Below are positions 34,953 through 46,618 of a stretch of 64,000 nucleotides of DNA, piece after piece. Each line of letters starts with the position of its first letter. The first letter of the stretch is position 1. Under the pieces are notes generated by a model, which was not told the origin of the DNA, searched no databases, and was given only the letters and a program-made list of their open reading frames with translations. This DNA comes from Cyanophora paradoxa CCMP329. Taxonomy: Eukaryota; Plantae; Glaucophyta. A program made the translations under genes and the position numbers. Location: NCBI GenBank assembly GCA_004431415.1, contig QPMI01000560.1:1-64000 (forward strand). The letters run 5' to 3'.

Positions 34953-36413
34953 GGCGGGGGCGGAGGAGCTGCGGGTCGCCCACGCCGCGCTCGCCGAGTG
35001 CCGCGCCCGTGCCGCCAAGGCCGAGGTTCGCCTGGCTCCCTCCTTCAGCCTCCTTGAGGTTCACGCGAGGTGCCTCCCTTGAGCTTTTCGGCAGGGACGG
35101 CGACGGCCCTCGAGGCGAGCTGGAGGCGGCGCGGGGGAGTCGGAGCGGTGGCGGGGCGCGCTCGCGGGGAGCTCGCGGCGGCGCGGGCGGCGGCGCAGGC
35201 GTCGCTGGCGGGGCGGCGGCCGAGGCGGACGGCCTCCGCGCCGCCCTTGCGCAGCGCGACGCCGACCTCGCCGCCGCCCGCCGCGCCCTGGAGGAGGCGC
35301 GTGGGGAGCTGGGGCGGCTGCGGGGCGAGCGCGACGACGACGACCTGCGCATCGCGGAGAGCGAGGCCCGGCGGGCGACGCAGGCCGCACAGCACGCGGC
35401 CGCCATCCTCCAGCTCAGCGCCGAGCTCAGCGACATGCGCGCCATGGCCACCGGCCGCGCCGCCGGCCGCCGCCCGCTCGCCGGGGAGGGCGAGGGGAGC
35501 TCGGCGGCGGTCGGGGCGGCGGCGGCGCAGGCGGCGGCGGCTGGGGAGGCGGCGCGACGGCTGGAGCGGCAGCTGCGGGAGGCGCGGCTGGAGGCGGCGG
35601 CGGCGCGGGAGGAGCTGGCGGCGGTGCGGGGCACGCTGCAGGGCAAGGAGTGCCTCTGGGAGGAGGAGCGCCGCCGCTCGAGCGCGAGCTGGCCGTCCTG
35701 CGCGCCGCCGGCGGCCGCGGCCCCCGCGGGCCTCCCCGGACCCCGACGCGCCCTCGTCGTCGAGGTCTGCGCCCGCGCCGCGCCCCGCCGCCGCCGCGCC
35801 GCCGCCCGGTGACGCCCCGCAGACGTCGACGTCGGGGCGGAGCCTGGCCGGCTCGAGCGCGGCCTCCGGGGCCGGCTCGAGCGAGGCCTCGGGCTCGAGC
35901 CGCAGCCTGGGCGACGGCGAGGCGCCGGCGCGCGGGCGCCGCCGCCGGAGCAGCGAGTCCAGCGGCTCCGAGGACGGCGCAGACGCGGAGGGCGCCGCCC
36001 GCAACCGCCGCCGCCGCCTCTCCCACCCCATCGCCGCGGCGGGGCCCGGGCCGGCCGCCGTGCAGGCACAGGCGGCGGGGCGGGCGGCGCTGGCGGCGCT
36101 GCAGGCGCGGCGGGACGAAGCGCTCGGATTCCTGCAGGCGCGGCTGGAGGAGCTGCAGGGGGCGGCCGGGGGCGATGCGGCGACGGCGGCGGCGCGGCGG
36201 CAGCAGCGGCGGCGGCTGGAGGCGGCCCTCGCCGGCCTGCAGGCGGCCTACGAGCACGGCCTCGAGCGCATCGGGCGGCTGCAGGGCCCCGGCGAGGCCG
36301 ACGCGGCGGGGGCGGCGGCGCGGGCGCTGGAGCGGCGGCACGAGGAGATCCTGCGGCAGGCCGGGGTGGACCCCGCCGCCTGCACCGACTTCCGCGTCAT
36401 CGTCCAGATCTAG
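33310..36413 (+). CDS. Kinesin motor protein, copy B
   Basis: MSSPRVRP..NIRACVRIRG, GQTGSGKT, SSRSH, DLAGSE, HIPYRTSLLTRLLQ, TLRTLEYARKA; ends DFRVIVQI* at 36413. Confidence 0.9.
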
Positions 36414-36662
36414 TCTCAGCAGCTAGCCGCCCGCCCGGCTCGCAGCAACGAGGCCAGGTTTTTTGATTCGTGAAGGGTATATTTTTTTGCATGCGGCATC
36501 AGAAATCGGGCTGCGGCCGCCGCGCGGCATGGGATGCCTGGGATGCCTGGGGGGTGGTTGTCGGGCTGCAGTTTGCGATCGATTTGCAACATCTCATCAT
36601 GGCATGATCAGCGGCTGAGCTACGTATACGTATACGTGCGTGCAGCAAAATACGCGTACAGC

Positions 36663-39370
36663 TTAGGAGTAGCTAGTGATATACCACCCGGGAATCTTAT
36701 GGGCGAACACGACGCAGGCTGCAGGGAGCGCCTGCTTTACCATCTCTTGAAGCGTGACCTGAGGGAAATGCATTTAAATTTGGCAAGCTAAGTGAGAATT
36801 CGAAATTGGAGCTAAGCTTGCACGCAGGCCCACCTCGTCCTCTTGCTCACGAGTGGAGCCAAAGATGCCATGAGATACTCGTAGACAGACCTGCAAAAGT
36901 TGCGGCAATCACGATCACGATCAGGGGCGGCGCCCGCGGCGCGCGGGCTAGCGCATGCATGAGCACGCGCAGCGAATAATATATGCACTGACCTCTATAT
37001 CAGTCACGCTGGCGGAGCAGCCAGCAAAGGCAGAAAGGTTGTCCAGCCTCGTCTGGCAGACACCACCATAAATGGTGGTGACGAGGGTGAGGCGGCCGAG
37101 TGTGCCGTTGGCCAGCGCTAGCGCCGCAGCAATCTCTGCAAAGCGAAAGGCGGCGATCTCCGCATTGCGATCAAAGTCGACGTTGAGCAACAGCACAAGG
37201 GAAAGACGCCCGGGTGCTCTCCGAGCCAGCGATGTGATGGGCTCGAGCTCTTCCGCCCTCGGATACTCTGCCCCATGCAGTGTGGATGGGCTAGCGTGCA
37301 CGTGGATGCAATGTGCCGCAGATCTAGAGAGCCTCGAAGCGCACCGAGCTGCAGGACGAGTTCAACGAGGGAGGCGGAGCAATCGAGGGCCTTCTCGAGC
37401 GCGAAGAGGCGGCTGGCGATCGACGCGAGGACCTCACGATCGGGCTCAAAGGTACCGTGTGATTTTTTGTGCGCGTACATGCCTCCGGAGGTGCTGAAGT
37501 GCGAATTTAAGTGCAGCGGTCCCAGGCTGCGGAGCGCAGGACAGGAGCCAATATTCGCCAGATCCTCATTCGAAAGATTCGACAACGTTAAATACGGGAA
37601 ATCGCAATTGGCCTTCTGCAGGGCGGGTAGTAAATGTAACGCGGGTCCGCCGAATAAGCGGACAACGAACGAATGAGCCCGATAGGCACTGAAGGGCGGT
37701 GAGGCGCGGAAGTGCGCGCAGAGCAGCGGGAGAAAGCTCCATTCCCTTGCAGTAAATCCTGCTGAATGCATGATGCTGCAATTGTAATGACAAATTAAAG
37801 TACGGTAGGATGATGCGCACACCTCTTGAGAGAGCGCGCAGCAGGCCCGGAGGCAAGGCCCTCGATCAGGGGCGCGAGGTCGTGCACGAAGTAGGGTTCG
37901 AAATCGGGACCGCCGCCGTAACGACGGATGCCGTATTTAAACTCTCTCGTGAAAGCAGTGAGTTGCTCAAGACAGGCGAGGGAGGCGAGGTCTTGGCCGG
38001 CCTCAAACGTCCCGAGAGTAATTTCCAGCTGCGCTCGCAAGCTTTGAGTACGAATCGGTCTAGATCAAGATCTAGATCTAGAGAGCTCGCAAGGCCGCAG
38101 AGGCGCACCCACTTGAGGCGCGGGAGGCATAGGGCAAGGGAGGCGGCGGTGGGGCGTTCGACTGAGCAGCAGCCTGGGAGGCAGAGGCTTTCGAGGTTCA
38201 TGAAAGGTCGGAGGAGGTCGTCGATTCCGCGAAGAAAGGGGAAGCCACGTGCTTGTCCAGGGGTTCGGGCAAGAGCGCAGCGTTCGTCCCCAGGCATACG
38301 AGCTAAAAAGTCGAAGCCCAACGCAGCAGCCCCCATGCGCTGAGCGGGATGCGCTAAGCAGTTGGCTAGGCCCAGAGGCGCCCCAAGCAGAGAGGGACAG
38401 GCCCGTACGGCACCGTAGGGCGGCGGCAAGCGGGTGCCATTACGTACACAGCAGGCGCAGAGCCAGCGTAAGACAGAGAGAACAAGAGAACAAGGACGTC
38501 GACAGACAGCAAGCGAGCGCCGCGCAGGGCAAGCGAGGGCCCAGGGCTAAAATAAGCGGGCCAGTTGGCAACAACGTGGCACCAGGAATAGCAGGCTACA
38601 AAGGGTACAAGGCAAGGCAAGCTGCCGGCTTAGAGCCGACGACCAGGGCTAGCTGGGAGTCGGAAAGTGGGCGGCACAACGTTAGAATGACAGCTGCAGC
38701 TGGAGCTCGCGTAGCGAAGGGCAAGGCTGCAGAGCGTGGGACAGGTGGCGGCCGCAGTGCCTGAAGGAGAGAGGGCAGCGAGCATATCGACGACACAGGA
38801 AGCACGAACGTTGACATGCGGGCAATCGATGTCGACGCTGCTTAGACCGCCGCTTGCCGCCGCGCACGCCGAGATGAGCGAGCGGACGCCGGGCCAGGGG
38901 CTCCTCTCGCACAGCATGTCACCGATTTTCTTAAAGCTGGCGGAGACAAACTCTAGATCTTCGAAGTGCACCCGCACGCGCAGCGCCGCGCCGGGGGCGA
39001 CGCGGATCCACCGCCGTGGTCGCGATAATGATCGGTTTGATGACGATCTCAAACCGGCCCGCCGGCTCGGCCCTGCCGCGTCCGCACCAAGGTCGCCGCC
39101 GACCAGGAGGCCCGCGAGCTGCCCCGCGCTCTCCTTGTGCCTCGCGAAAAGGTCCACATTGCGCCAGAGAATCGCCTCCGCCGTCTCCCGCAAGCGGCGG
39201 CAGACTGCGCGCGCTGCCGCGGCCGCGCGCAGTCCAGCGCGCTCGAGAATGTGTGCCAGGACCTCATCGGGCAGCTGCTCGAACGAAGAGGCGCATACTT
39301 CTGCGACCGCGCCTGCTGCGGCAGCGCCTTTAAAGGCTCGAGGTTCGCCCGATTTCCCCCGCTTTCCCAT
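36663..39370 (-). CDS. F-box/LRR-like protein, paralog 1
   Basis: F-box FEQLPDEVLAHILERAG..ARAVCRRLRE..LWRNVDL. LRR-like FMNLESLCL, CLPRLKWV, GLASGPAARSLK, ALRALPRLTALQCL, LANIGSCPALRSL. Ends ALPAACVV..YS* at 36663. Confidence 0.8.
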
Positions 39371-39576
39371 CGCGCTGAGTGTGGATGTCGTCAGCAGACA
39401 ATCAATGCAAGGGGCGAGGAGCAGAGGGCGACCTGAAGTCAATAAACTCACTCTAATGGTGCTCCGATGGCTCTCTGATGCGCCGCGCGCGGAACGGCCG
39501 CGAGCGAGAGCGCAAGCGCGCTGAGCGAGAATAATCCCCCGGCTGGAGTTGAACGCAATCGAAAATCTCATCAGCG

Positions 39577-41305
39577 ATGTTCGTCCAGCCAGCGCCAGCC
39601 GTAGCCGCGCAGCGTTCGGCCGCCTCTCTGTTCGAGCAGCGGCGCTCGCTCGTCTGCGGCCACCGCCGGGTTCGGAGCGTACGCCAGCCGTCGCGCGTCT
39701 TCGAGCCTGAGCTGGCGGCGTCCGCGGAGACGCAGACGCCCGCACAGTCCACCTCTTTCAAAGACGGTGCGCTCCGCGGCACGCGTGACGCTCGGGTGGG
39801 GCGCTGACGTCGACGCGCGGTTGCTTGTTAGCTGCGCTCGCTGCGCTCGTCAAAGGCGTGCTCAACATCGAGCCGCTCGCGTCGCTCCTGAAGAAGCAGG
39901 CTAGGAAGGTACGCCGCGTCCCGCGCCCCGGCGCCCAGCCCCGCTGCAGCGGGTCGCGCGCGTGACTCGGCCCCAGACCATCACCAAGCGCGCCGAGAAG
40001 ATGGGCCTCGACTGTGCGCTCCGAGAACCTCCATGCCGCCAGAGCGCGCCGCAGCTAAGGCCTGGGCCCCGCGCGTGCGCAGGGACGCGGCGCGTGGAGG
40101 AGCTGAAGGCGGAGGACCTGGAGGGCTACATGGCCCGCGTCGAGAACAAGGGACTGAAGATCCCGTGCGCTCCCGCCTCGCCTCGAGCGCCCTCGGCGAT
40201 CCCTCTGACCCCCGCGCCAGCGAGTACTACAAAGTGGACGTGCGGCGCCTGCCTGGCGCTTCGCCCCGCTCCACGCGCGCGCGCCCCTGACGCGCCGACA
40301 GTTCCACACGTACCCGTCGGGCAACCTGAGCTGGGAGGCCGCCACTGAGGTGCGCGGGGGGCCGCGGTCGGGCCGGGGGCGGGTGCTGGGCAGGAGGATG
40401 GGGAAGAATTGGATGGCGGGGCGAGGCGGCGCCTCGTGCCTCCGGGGGCCGCGCCTCGCCGCTGACAGGCCTCCCCGGCGCAGATCGAGGTCTCCAGCGT
40501 CGCCGTGCACGCCTCCATCTACCCCGACTTGCCCATGTGCGTGTACCCCCTCTGTACCCCACCCACGAGCGTTGAGCGCGGGCGGGCGGGGGGCCAGGGA
40601 GGAGGGGGACAAGGCGCTGCGGGGGTCGTACAGCGCGAAGCTGCGGGAGCTGGTGCCCGGGGAGCCGGCGCGCGTCCTCGACGTCGGCTGCTCCACCGGC
40701 CTCTCCACCCTCGAGCTCGAGGAGCTGTACCCCGGCGCCGCCGTCACCGGCATCGACCTCTCGCCCTACTTCCTCGCCGTCGCCCGCCTCCGCGCCGACC
40801 AGCGCGGCTCCAAAACGTGCCGCCCCCCTGTACTCCTCCGGCCATCTACGTACCCCCGCCGCCGCTCACGCCTCGCGGGCGGCGGGCAGGGAGTTCGTGC
40901 ACGCGGCGGCGGAGGCGACGGGGCTGGCGGACGGGAGCGTGGACCTCGCCTCGATCTGCCTCGTCACCCACGAGCTGCCCCAGGCCCCCACCCGCCAGTG
41001 CGCCCAGCGCGCCCCGCAGGCATTCGCGCTCGAGGCCGAGCTCGGTGGGCAGGATGCTGCGGGAGATGCACCGGGTGGTGCGGCCCGGGGGGTACCTGGC
41101 GATGATGGACCAGGACCCCCACTCGGAGGTCTTCCGCCGCATGGCCCCCGCCCTCAAGACCCTCTTCCGCTCCACCGAGCCCTACCTCGAGGAGTACCAA
41201 GCCCTCGACATGCCCCAGGCCCTCCGCGAGGCCGGCTTCGAGGCCGTCACCGTCGCCTCCAACAGCCCCCGCCACCGCACCATCGTCGCCCGCAAGCCCC
41301 TCTAG
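39577..41305 (+). CDS. Cyanobacterial-type class I SAM-dependent methyltransferase (UbiE/Methyltransf_11-like) with putative plastid transit peptide
   Basis: N-terminus MFVQPAPAVAAQRSAAS.. Motifs EYY..FHTYPSGNLSWEAA, VLDVGCSTGLS, GIDLSPYFLAVA, HAAAEATGL, HELP, RVVRPGG, STEPYLEEY, NSPRHRTIVARK. Confidence 0.9.
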
Positions 41306-41416
41306 AGCCCCGCCCCCGCACCCGGGCCCCGCCGCCCGTCTCTCCGTTCGCTCGCGCGAGGAAAGAGTACTGTACAGCACGCGTGGAGGAGAGGCGGGGC
41401 GGTCGAGGGGGGAGGG

Positions 41417-42584
41417 TCAGGTGAGGGAGTGGCGGCGGGAGCCGGAGCCGGAGGGGGGGTCGAGGGCGCCGAGGATGTCGCGGAGGCTGAGGGGCCGCTC
41501 GACCCTCGCGGGGTCCTCCATGAGGCCCACCAGCCGCCCCTCGGGCCCCCGCAGCCGCCCCGCCAGCGCTCCCACGTGCCCCCCCTCCAGCCGGTACACC
41601 TGGCGGGTACGCCTCAGCATCCGCGCGGGGCGGGGCGGGGCGGGGCGGGGCGGGGCGGGGCGGCGGGCCTCCCAGGCCTCGTTGGGGGTAGCCCCAAGCT
41701 TGCTGTAGAAGCCGATGGCCTTCTGGTTCCAGCGCAGCACGGACCACTCCATCCGCCCGCACTCCCGCTGCAGCGCGATCTGCCGCCGGGCTCGAGGGAC
41801 GCGCCCGGCGGGGGCCGAGCTCGAGCCGGGCGGGCGGGGCGCGCGCCTGGGCCATGGCGGCGAAGAGCTTGGTGCCGACGCCGCGGGCGCGCGCCGCCGG
41901 CTTCACGTACACGTCCTCCACGTACAGGTTCGGCCGGCACGCGAAGCTGCGCGCGCGCCGGAGCGCAGAGCGCGTGGGTCGGGGCGCGCGGTGCGGGCGC
42001 GGTGAGGGGCGGCGATCTCTGCGTGCGCGCACGTGGAGAAGGTGAAGTAGAAAATGGCGCATCCGACGGGCTTGAAGCCTTCCTCGACGTCTCCCGGCTC
42101 CGCCGCCCGGCGGTCTACGCCCAGCTCTGGGTCCAGGGCCGGCCGCTGCGGCGTCGAAGGCGCCGGCGGCTGTTGAGGCAGCTCCGCGTCGCCGGCCCCC
42201 GCGGCCGTGTACGTGCGGGGAAGGAAGGGGGACGCGAGGACGGACGGATCTTGCGAGGACGTGCGAGGATGATGAAAGGCGGGCTTGAGCGGCGAGCTCG
42301 TACTCGAAGAAGATGCGTCGCCTTCGGTGTCGACGGACTCGGCGATCAGCGCCTCGATGCTGGTTTCAGACACGTCAGCTAGTGCAGGCAAGCGCGTCAT
42401 ACGCGCTATCTCCATACACGGCACACGCGCACTAGGGCCGGGGTCCGAATAATGCGCGTCTCATCGAATCCTCGTCGCATTTGAAGGCCTCCTCCAGCTG
42501 CTCAAACTCGGCCAGATCGCGGAGGAGCTGCACGATAACGGGTACATCCTGCACGCTTGCGGGCCGTATTCTGACGTTCATCAT
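41417..42584 (-). CDS. GNAT acetyltransferase, spermidine/spermine (diamine) N-acetyltransferase-like, with large insertion
   Basis: IRPASVQDVPVIVQLLRDLAEFE..LFGPRPY|IEALIAE (an intron removes the apparent TAG), PVGCAIFYFTFST|F..LYVEDVYVKPAARARGVGTKL, MEWSVLRWNQKAIGFY. Confidence 0.9.
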
Positions 42585-43853
42585 GTTCGCCACTGCCTGC
42601 TGTGCGCTCGCCGGGCGCCGCGTGCCTGCAGCGAAGTCTGCCACGCTGGCTCTGCTCCGTACCCCGCGGCCGCAGCTGAAGTCCGGCGCGGCTTCGAGCG
42701 CTGCCGCTTTTTCGAAGTCGGCTACATTTGCAAGCGCATCGAAGATGACAGAAGCGGCGTTCCAGGCGGGCGGCGTAATTCCCGATGTGGTCGACCACGT
42801 CGGCGACGTGAAGCTCAAAGTAACTTACCCTGCTGGCACCGTCGCATTCGGGAATACGATGACTCCTACGCAAGTACGTGCGATCCCGTGCGATACGTTT
42901 GCGGCCACGTACGCGCCGCCGAATGTGACCTCTCTCCGCCGCCGCCGCCGCAGGTGCACTCCCCGCCGACCGTGAGCTTCGACTCTGCGCCCAACGAGTA
43001 TTTCACGCTGGTCATGACGGTAACGATTGCGTGCAAGCCCCAATTTCGCCCCTCACTCGCGCTCGCCGCAGGACCCCGACGCGCCGTCACGCGCTAACCC
43101 CAAGGTACTTGCGCACGCCGCGAAGCTCTGCGCCCGAGCTGAGCTGTGCCGATGAACTCCGCAGTTCCGCGAATGGTGCATCGGCGTTGCGGCGTGCATC
43201 GGAGGCGTATTCGGCGCTGCCTAGACCGAGCACCGGCCGCGGGGTTCGCTGCGCGTGCCGTGCCTCACGCGCGCGCGCGCAGGCACCACTGGGTCGTCGC
43301 CAACATCCCGGGCCACGACGTCGCCAAGGGCAAGACGCTCTCCGGTGCGCGCCCCGGTCGCGGCCCCGCTGAGAACCAACTAGCATGTGCCTGACGGATC
43401 CCTGCGACCACAGCGTACGTGGGATCCGGGCCCCCGAAGGTGCGCGCACGACGGGCGAGGGGGAGTGCTCGTGTCCGTGCGTGACGTTTTATCAGGGCAC
43501 GGGCCTGCACCGCTACTGCTTCCTGCTCTACAAGCAGCCGAGCGGCCCGATCGAGTTCCACGAGCCCATCCGCGGCAAGAACGGCGACGGCCGCGGCAAG
43601 GTCCCCCGCCTCTCCCCCGAAGCCAATCGGAGGCGAGACCCGACGCGTGCGCGGCGCGCGGCGCGCAGTGGTCGGCGAAGGCGTTCGCGGCGAAGTACCA
43701 CCTGGGGGACCCCGTCGGCGGCTGCTTCTTCCAGGCCCGCCGCCCCGCCCGGGGCCCTCGAGCTCCCGCCTCATCAGCTTGTGCCGCGCGCTCGAGCCGC
43801 CCCGCCCGCAGGCGGAGTGGGACGAGTACTCGGACAAGGTCTTCGACCCGTGA
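42583..43853 (+). CDS. Phosphatidylethanolamine-binding protein (PEBP/RKIP family) with 54-aa putative targeting peptide
   Basis: VIPDVVD, FGNTMTPTQV, YFTLVMT|DPDAPSR, HHWVVANIPG, YVGSGPP, GLHRYCFLLYKQ, FFQ|AEWD. An alternative start is ATG 42745 (MTEAAF). Confidence 0.92.
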
Positions 43854-44413
43854 GGAGGCCAGCCCGTCCCACAGCGCGCGCCGGCCCGGCGGCCCGGCGG
43901 CTGCTCCGTCGCTCGCTCCCGCTGCGCCCGCTCCCCCGCTCATGTGTGAGCCGAGACTCGAGATCGACTCTGTAAATAACGTGTCTCGAATTCGAGTTCG
44001 GCTCTCTTCGCTTGGCTCCGAGGCTCCGGCTCGCCTCGGCCCCGGCGCGCGCAGCAGACGCAGAACGTGAACGCCAACAACCCTGGTGACCCGCGCTCCC
44101 CCAGGAATGCGGGAGCCCGTGCCAGGCGACGAATGACTGTACGGTTTGATTGTAGCAAGTACTAAGCTCTCCCGAGGAGGGGAGGCGGCGGGGAGGGGCC
44201 GGGGGGGTTAGGGGATGCGGCGGGCGAAAGAGGGGACGAGGCCTAGGGGCGCGGCTGGCCCAGAAAGAAAAGCGTGATGTCAAGGGGATGAAAAAAAAGT
44301 GAAAGGCGGGGGGGGGGAAGGCGGAGGCGGGGTACGGGAAAGTGCGAAAGTGAAGCGAGAGGAGCGGGGAGCCGACTCGAGGAGCCGGGGCGCGACGGCC
44401 GGCCCCCGCAGGA

Positions 44414-46219
44414 TCATGCCCGCAGCGCGCTGCCCGGCCCGTGAGCGAACAGGAAGCGAAGCGGGGCGGGGCAGGGCGGGGCGGGGCGGGGCGGGGCGGG
44501 CACCTGAGGCCGTTCTTCTCCATGAGCTTCTCGACTGTGGAGCGGGAGACGGAGATGCCGAAGATCGCCTCGAAGACGTCCCCCTCCCGCAGCTCCTGCT
44601 CCGACAGCTTGTTCAGGCACGGCAGCACCTCCTCGAACTGCCGCGCCACGTCAGGTCGTGTCGGGTCGGGTCGGGCCCCGTGCAGTCGGGCGGGGCCGGA
44701 CCTCCATCTTGCGCATCTTCTTCTCGTCGTCGAGGTACTTGAGCACGCCTGCGCGGCCTCAGGCCCCGCGACGCGCCGCGGGGCGCCGGCGCGGGCGCAC
44801 CGAGGGCGGCGCGGTACATGAAGGTCTCGCCCTCGAGCACGTAGCAGTCCCAGACGTGGCACGCCATCTCGAAGGGCAGCGCCTTGGAGAAGAGCGTGAG
44901 GAGCCAGTCGACGAGGTACATCTCCGGCTGGATCTCCAGCGCCCTGAAATGCTTCTGCAGCGCCGGCAGCTGGTCCGCGAACAGCGCGTCGAACACCGCG
45001 AAGTACTTCCGCATCTGAGATGGCGTCAGCGCGCATGGCGCGGCGCCGGGCCGGTGCCGGGGCGGGGCGGGGCGGGGCGGGGCGGGGCAGGGCGGGGCGG
45101 GGGCGGGCCTGGGCCATGTCCATGCGGAAGAAGGTGAGGAAGTAGTGGTAGTTGAGGAGGTTGGCGAGCGCGACGAAGGCGGAGTAGCAGTCCATGTTGT
45201 ACAGCATCATTCCCGCCAGGTACGACATCCCCTGCACCTGCGCCCGCCTCGGCCGCCCGCCGCGCGGCGGGGCCGGGGGGGCGGGCGAGCGGAGCGGGCG
45301 GCGTACGTAGCCGACGTCGGGGCGGTAGCAGGCGTACGTCTGGAGGATCTCCCGCAGCTGGTCCACGTTCTCCGAGAAGAACTTGACCCCCGCGAAGGTC
45401 CGCGGCAGGTCCGTCTCGATCAGCTGCCCCGCCCCCGGGCGTGAGCGGCCGCGCCGCGAACCGCAGGGGCGGGGCGCGGACCTGCATGCTGTGCTCCTTG
45501 CCCAGGAACTTCTTCCCGTCCGCCTCGCCCTCCGTGAGCGCCGCCGTCGTCAGGTGCCGCGCCTCCTTCGCGTGCTGGTAGAAGATGTCGTACAGCTCTG
45601 CGCCGCCGCCGCCGCCGCCGCCGCCGCATGAGCCAAAAGGAAGCAAAAGGAACGACAAGGCCCGCAGCGCGGGCTACGCCCGGGGGGCGCGGCGGCGCAC
45701 CGCGGGTTATGTGCAGCGAGTTGCCGATGGCCTTCGACCAGACACGGCCGCGCATGCCTGGCGGAATTCCCATCTTGGACAGCGCACGAATCCTCCTCGA
45801 AAGCTTCTTTCCGCGCGGGCTAACACTGCAGCGACGGGGCGCGTCAGAACATAAGCTCGCAGGCTCCGACTCTGCTTGCGAGCTCACTGCTGGTCCCAGT
45901 AAGGTAGGACTTCGTCTGCCCACTCCTGACATCTCCTCGCTTCCTCCTCACGTTTCCGTGACTCCGAGTCAAGCCGGCTGTAGCTGGGAGAGTCGAGGCC
46001 GCTGAAATCAGTGCTGCGGCGGCGTTAGCTTGGGTGCGCTGGCGCTGGGGCGACGGCCGCGGTGGTGACACGTGCGCACCTTCCTCGTTTTGTGGGCGCT
46101 GCTGGCCGCCCGAAGCTGCGGGGGGCGAGCGTCAAGCCAATGAGTGTTCAAGAGCCCCGGCGCGCAGCCGGGGCTGAATTTGAAAGCAAAGGCGCTTGCG
46201 GCGCTCACATTATGCCCAT
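44414..46219 (-). CDS. TBC-domain Rab GTPase-activating protein (TBC1D12/14-like)
   Basis: WADEVLPYW, GIPPGMRGRVWSKAIGNSL, IETDLPRTF (R-finger), YRPDVGYVQGMSYLA (Q-finger), YLVDWLLTLFSKALP, VWDCYVLEG. Confidence 0.93.
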
Positions 46220-46618
46220 GGGCGTGCTGCCATGCGCTGCCTGGAGTCCGCTGCTCGCTGCCGATTACTGTCGCTTTCAAATGCGCTTTCGCCGCTCAAA
46301 TGCGCTTTCAGCGATCTATAGCTGCGCTGTTCCTCTCAAATAAGCCGCTCAAATCCGCCTCCTGCGTTCCCGCTTCTTCGTAATTCGGGCTCGGCTCCGG
46401 GAGGGGATATTAGTCTTCACCGGTGCGGGCCTCGCGTACGTGGCACGCACGGCACCCGCACTCCGGGGCCGCACAGCAAGCGCGGAGGGGCGGAACTCTT
46501 TGATCGCGCAAACTTCAGCGGCAGCGGTCAGCCCGTCGAACTTTCGGAACACGTCCGTCGAGCAAAGCACAGGACAGGGGCGCGTATCGCGGCCGAGGCG
46601 AAAGCCAATCGAAAGCCA

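Noticed and set aside
42432-42434. In-frame TAG after FGPRP in the GNAT gene (possible readthrough or recoding)
   Set aside because: It spans a splice donor: TA|gt...ag|C gives Tyr (RPYIEALIAE).
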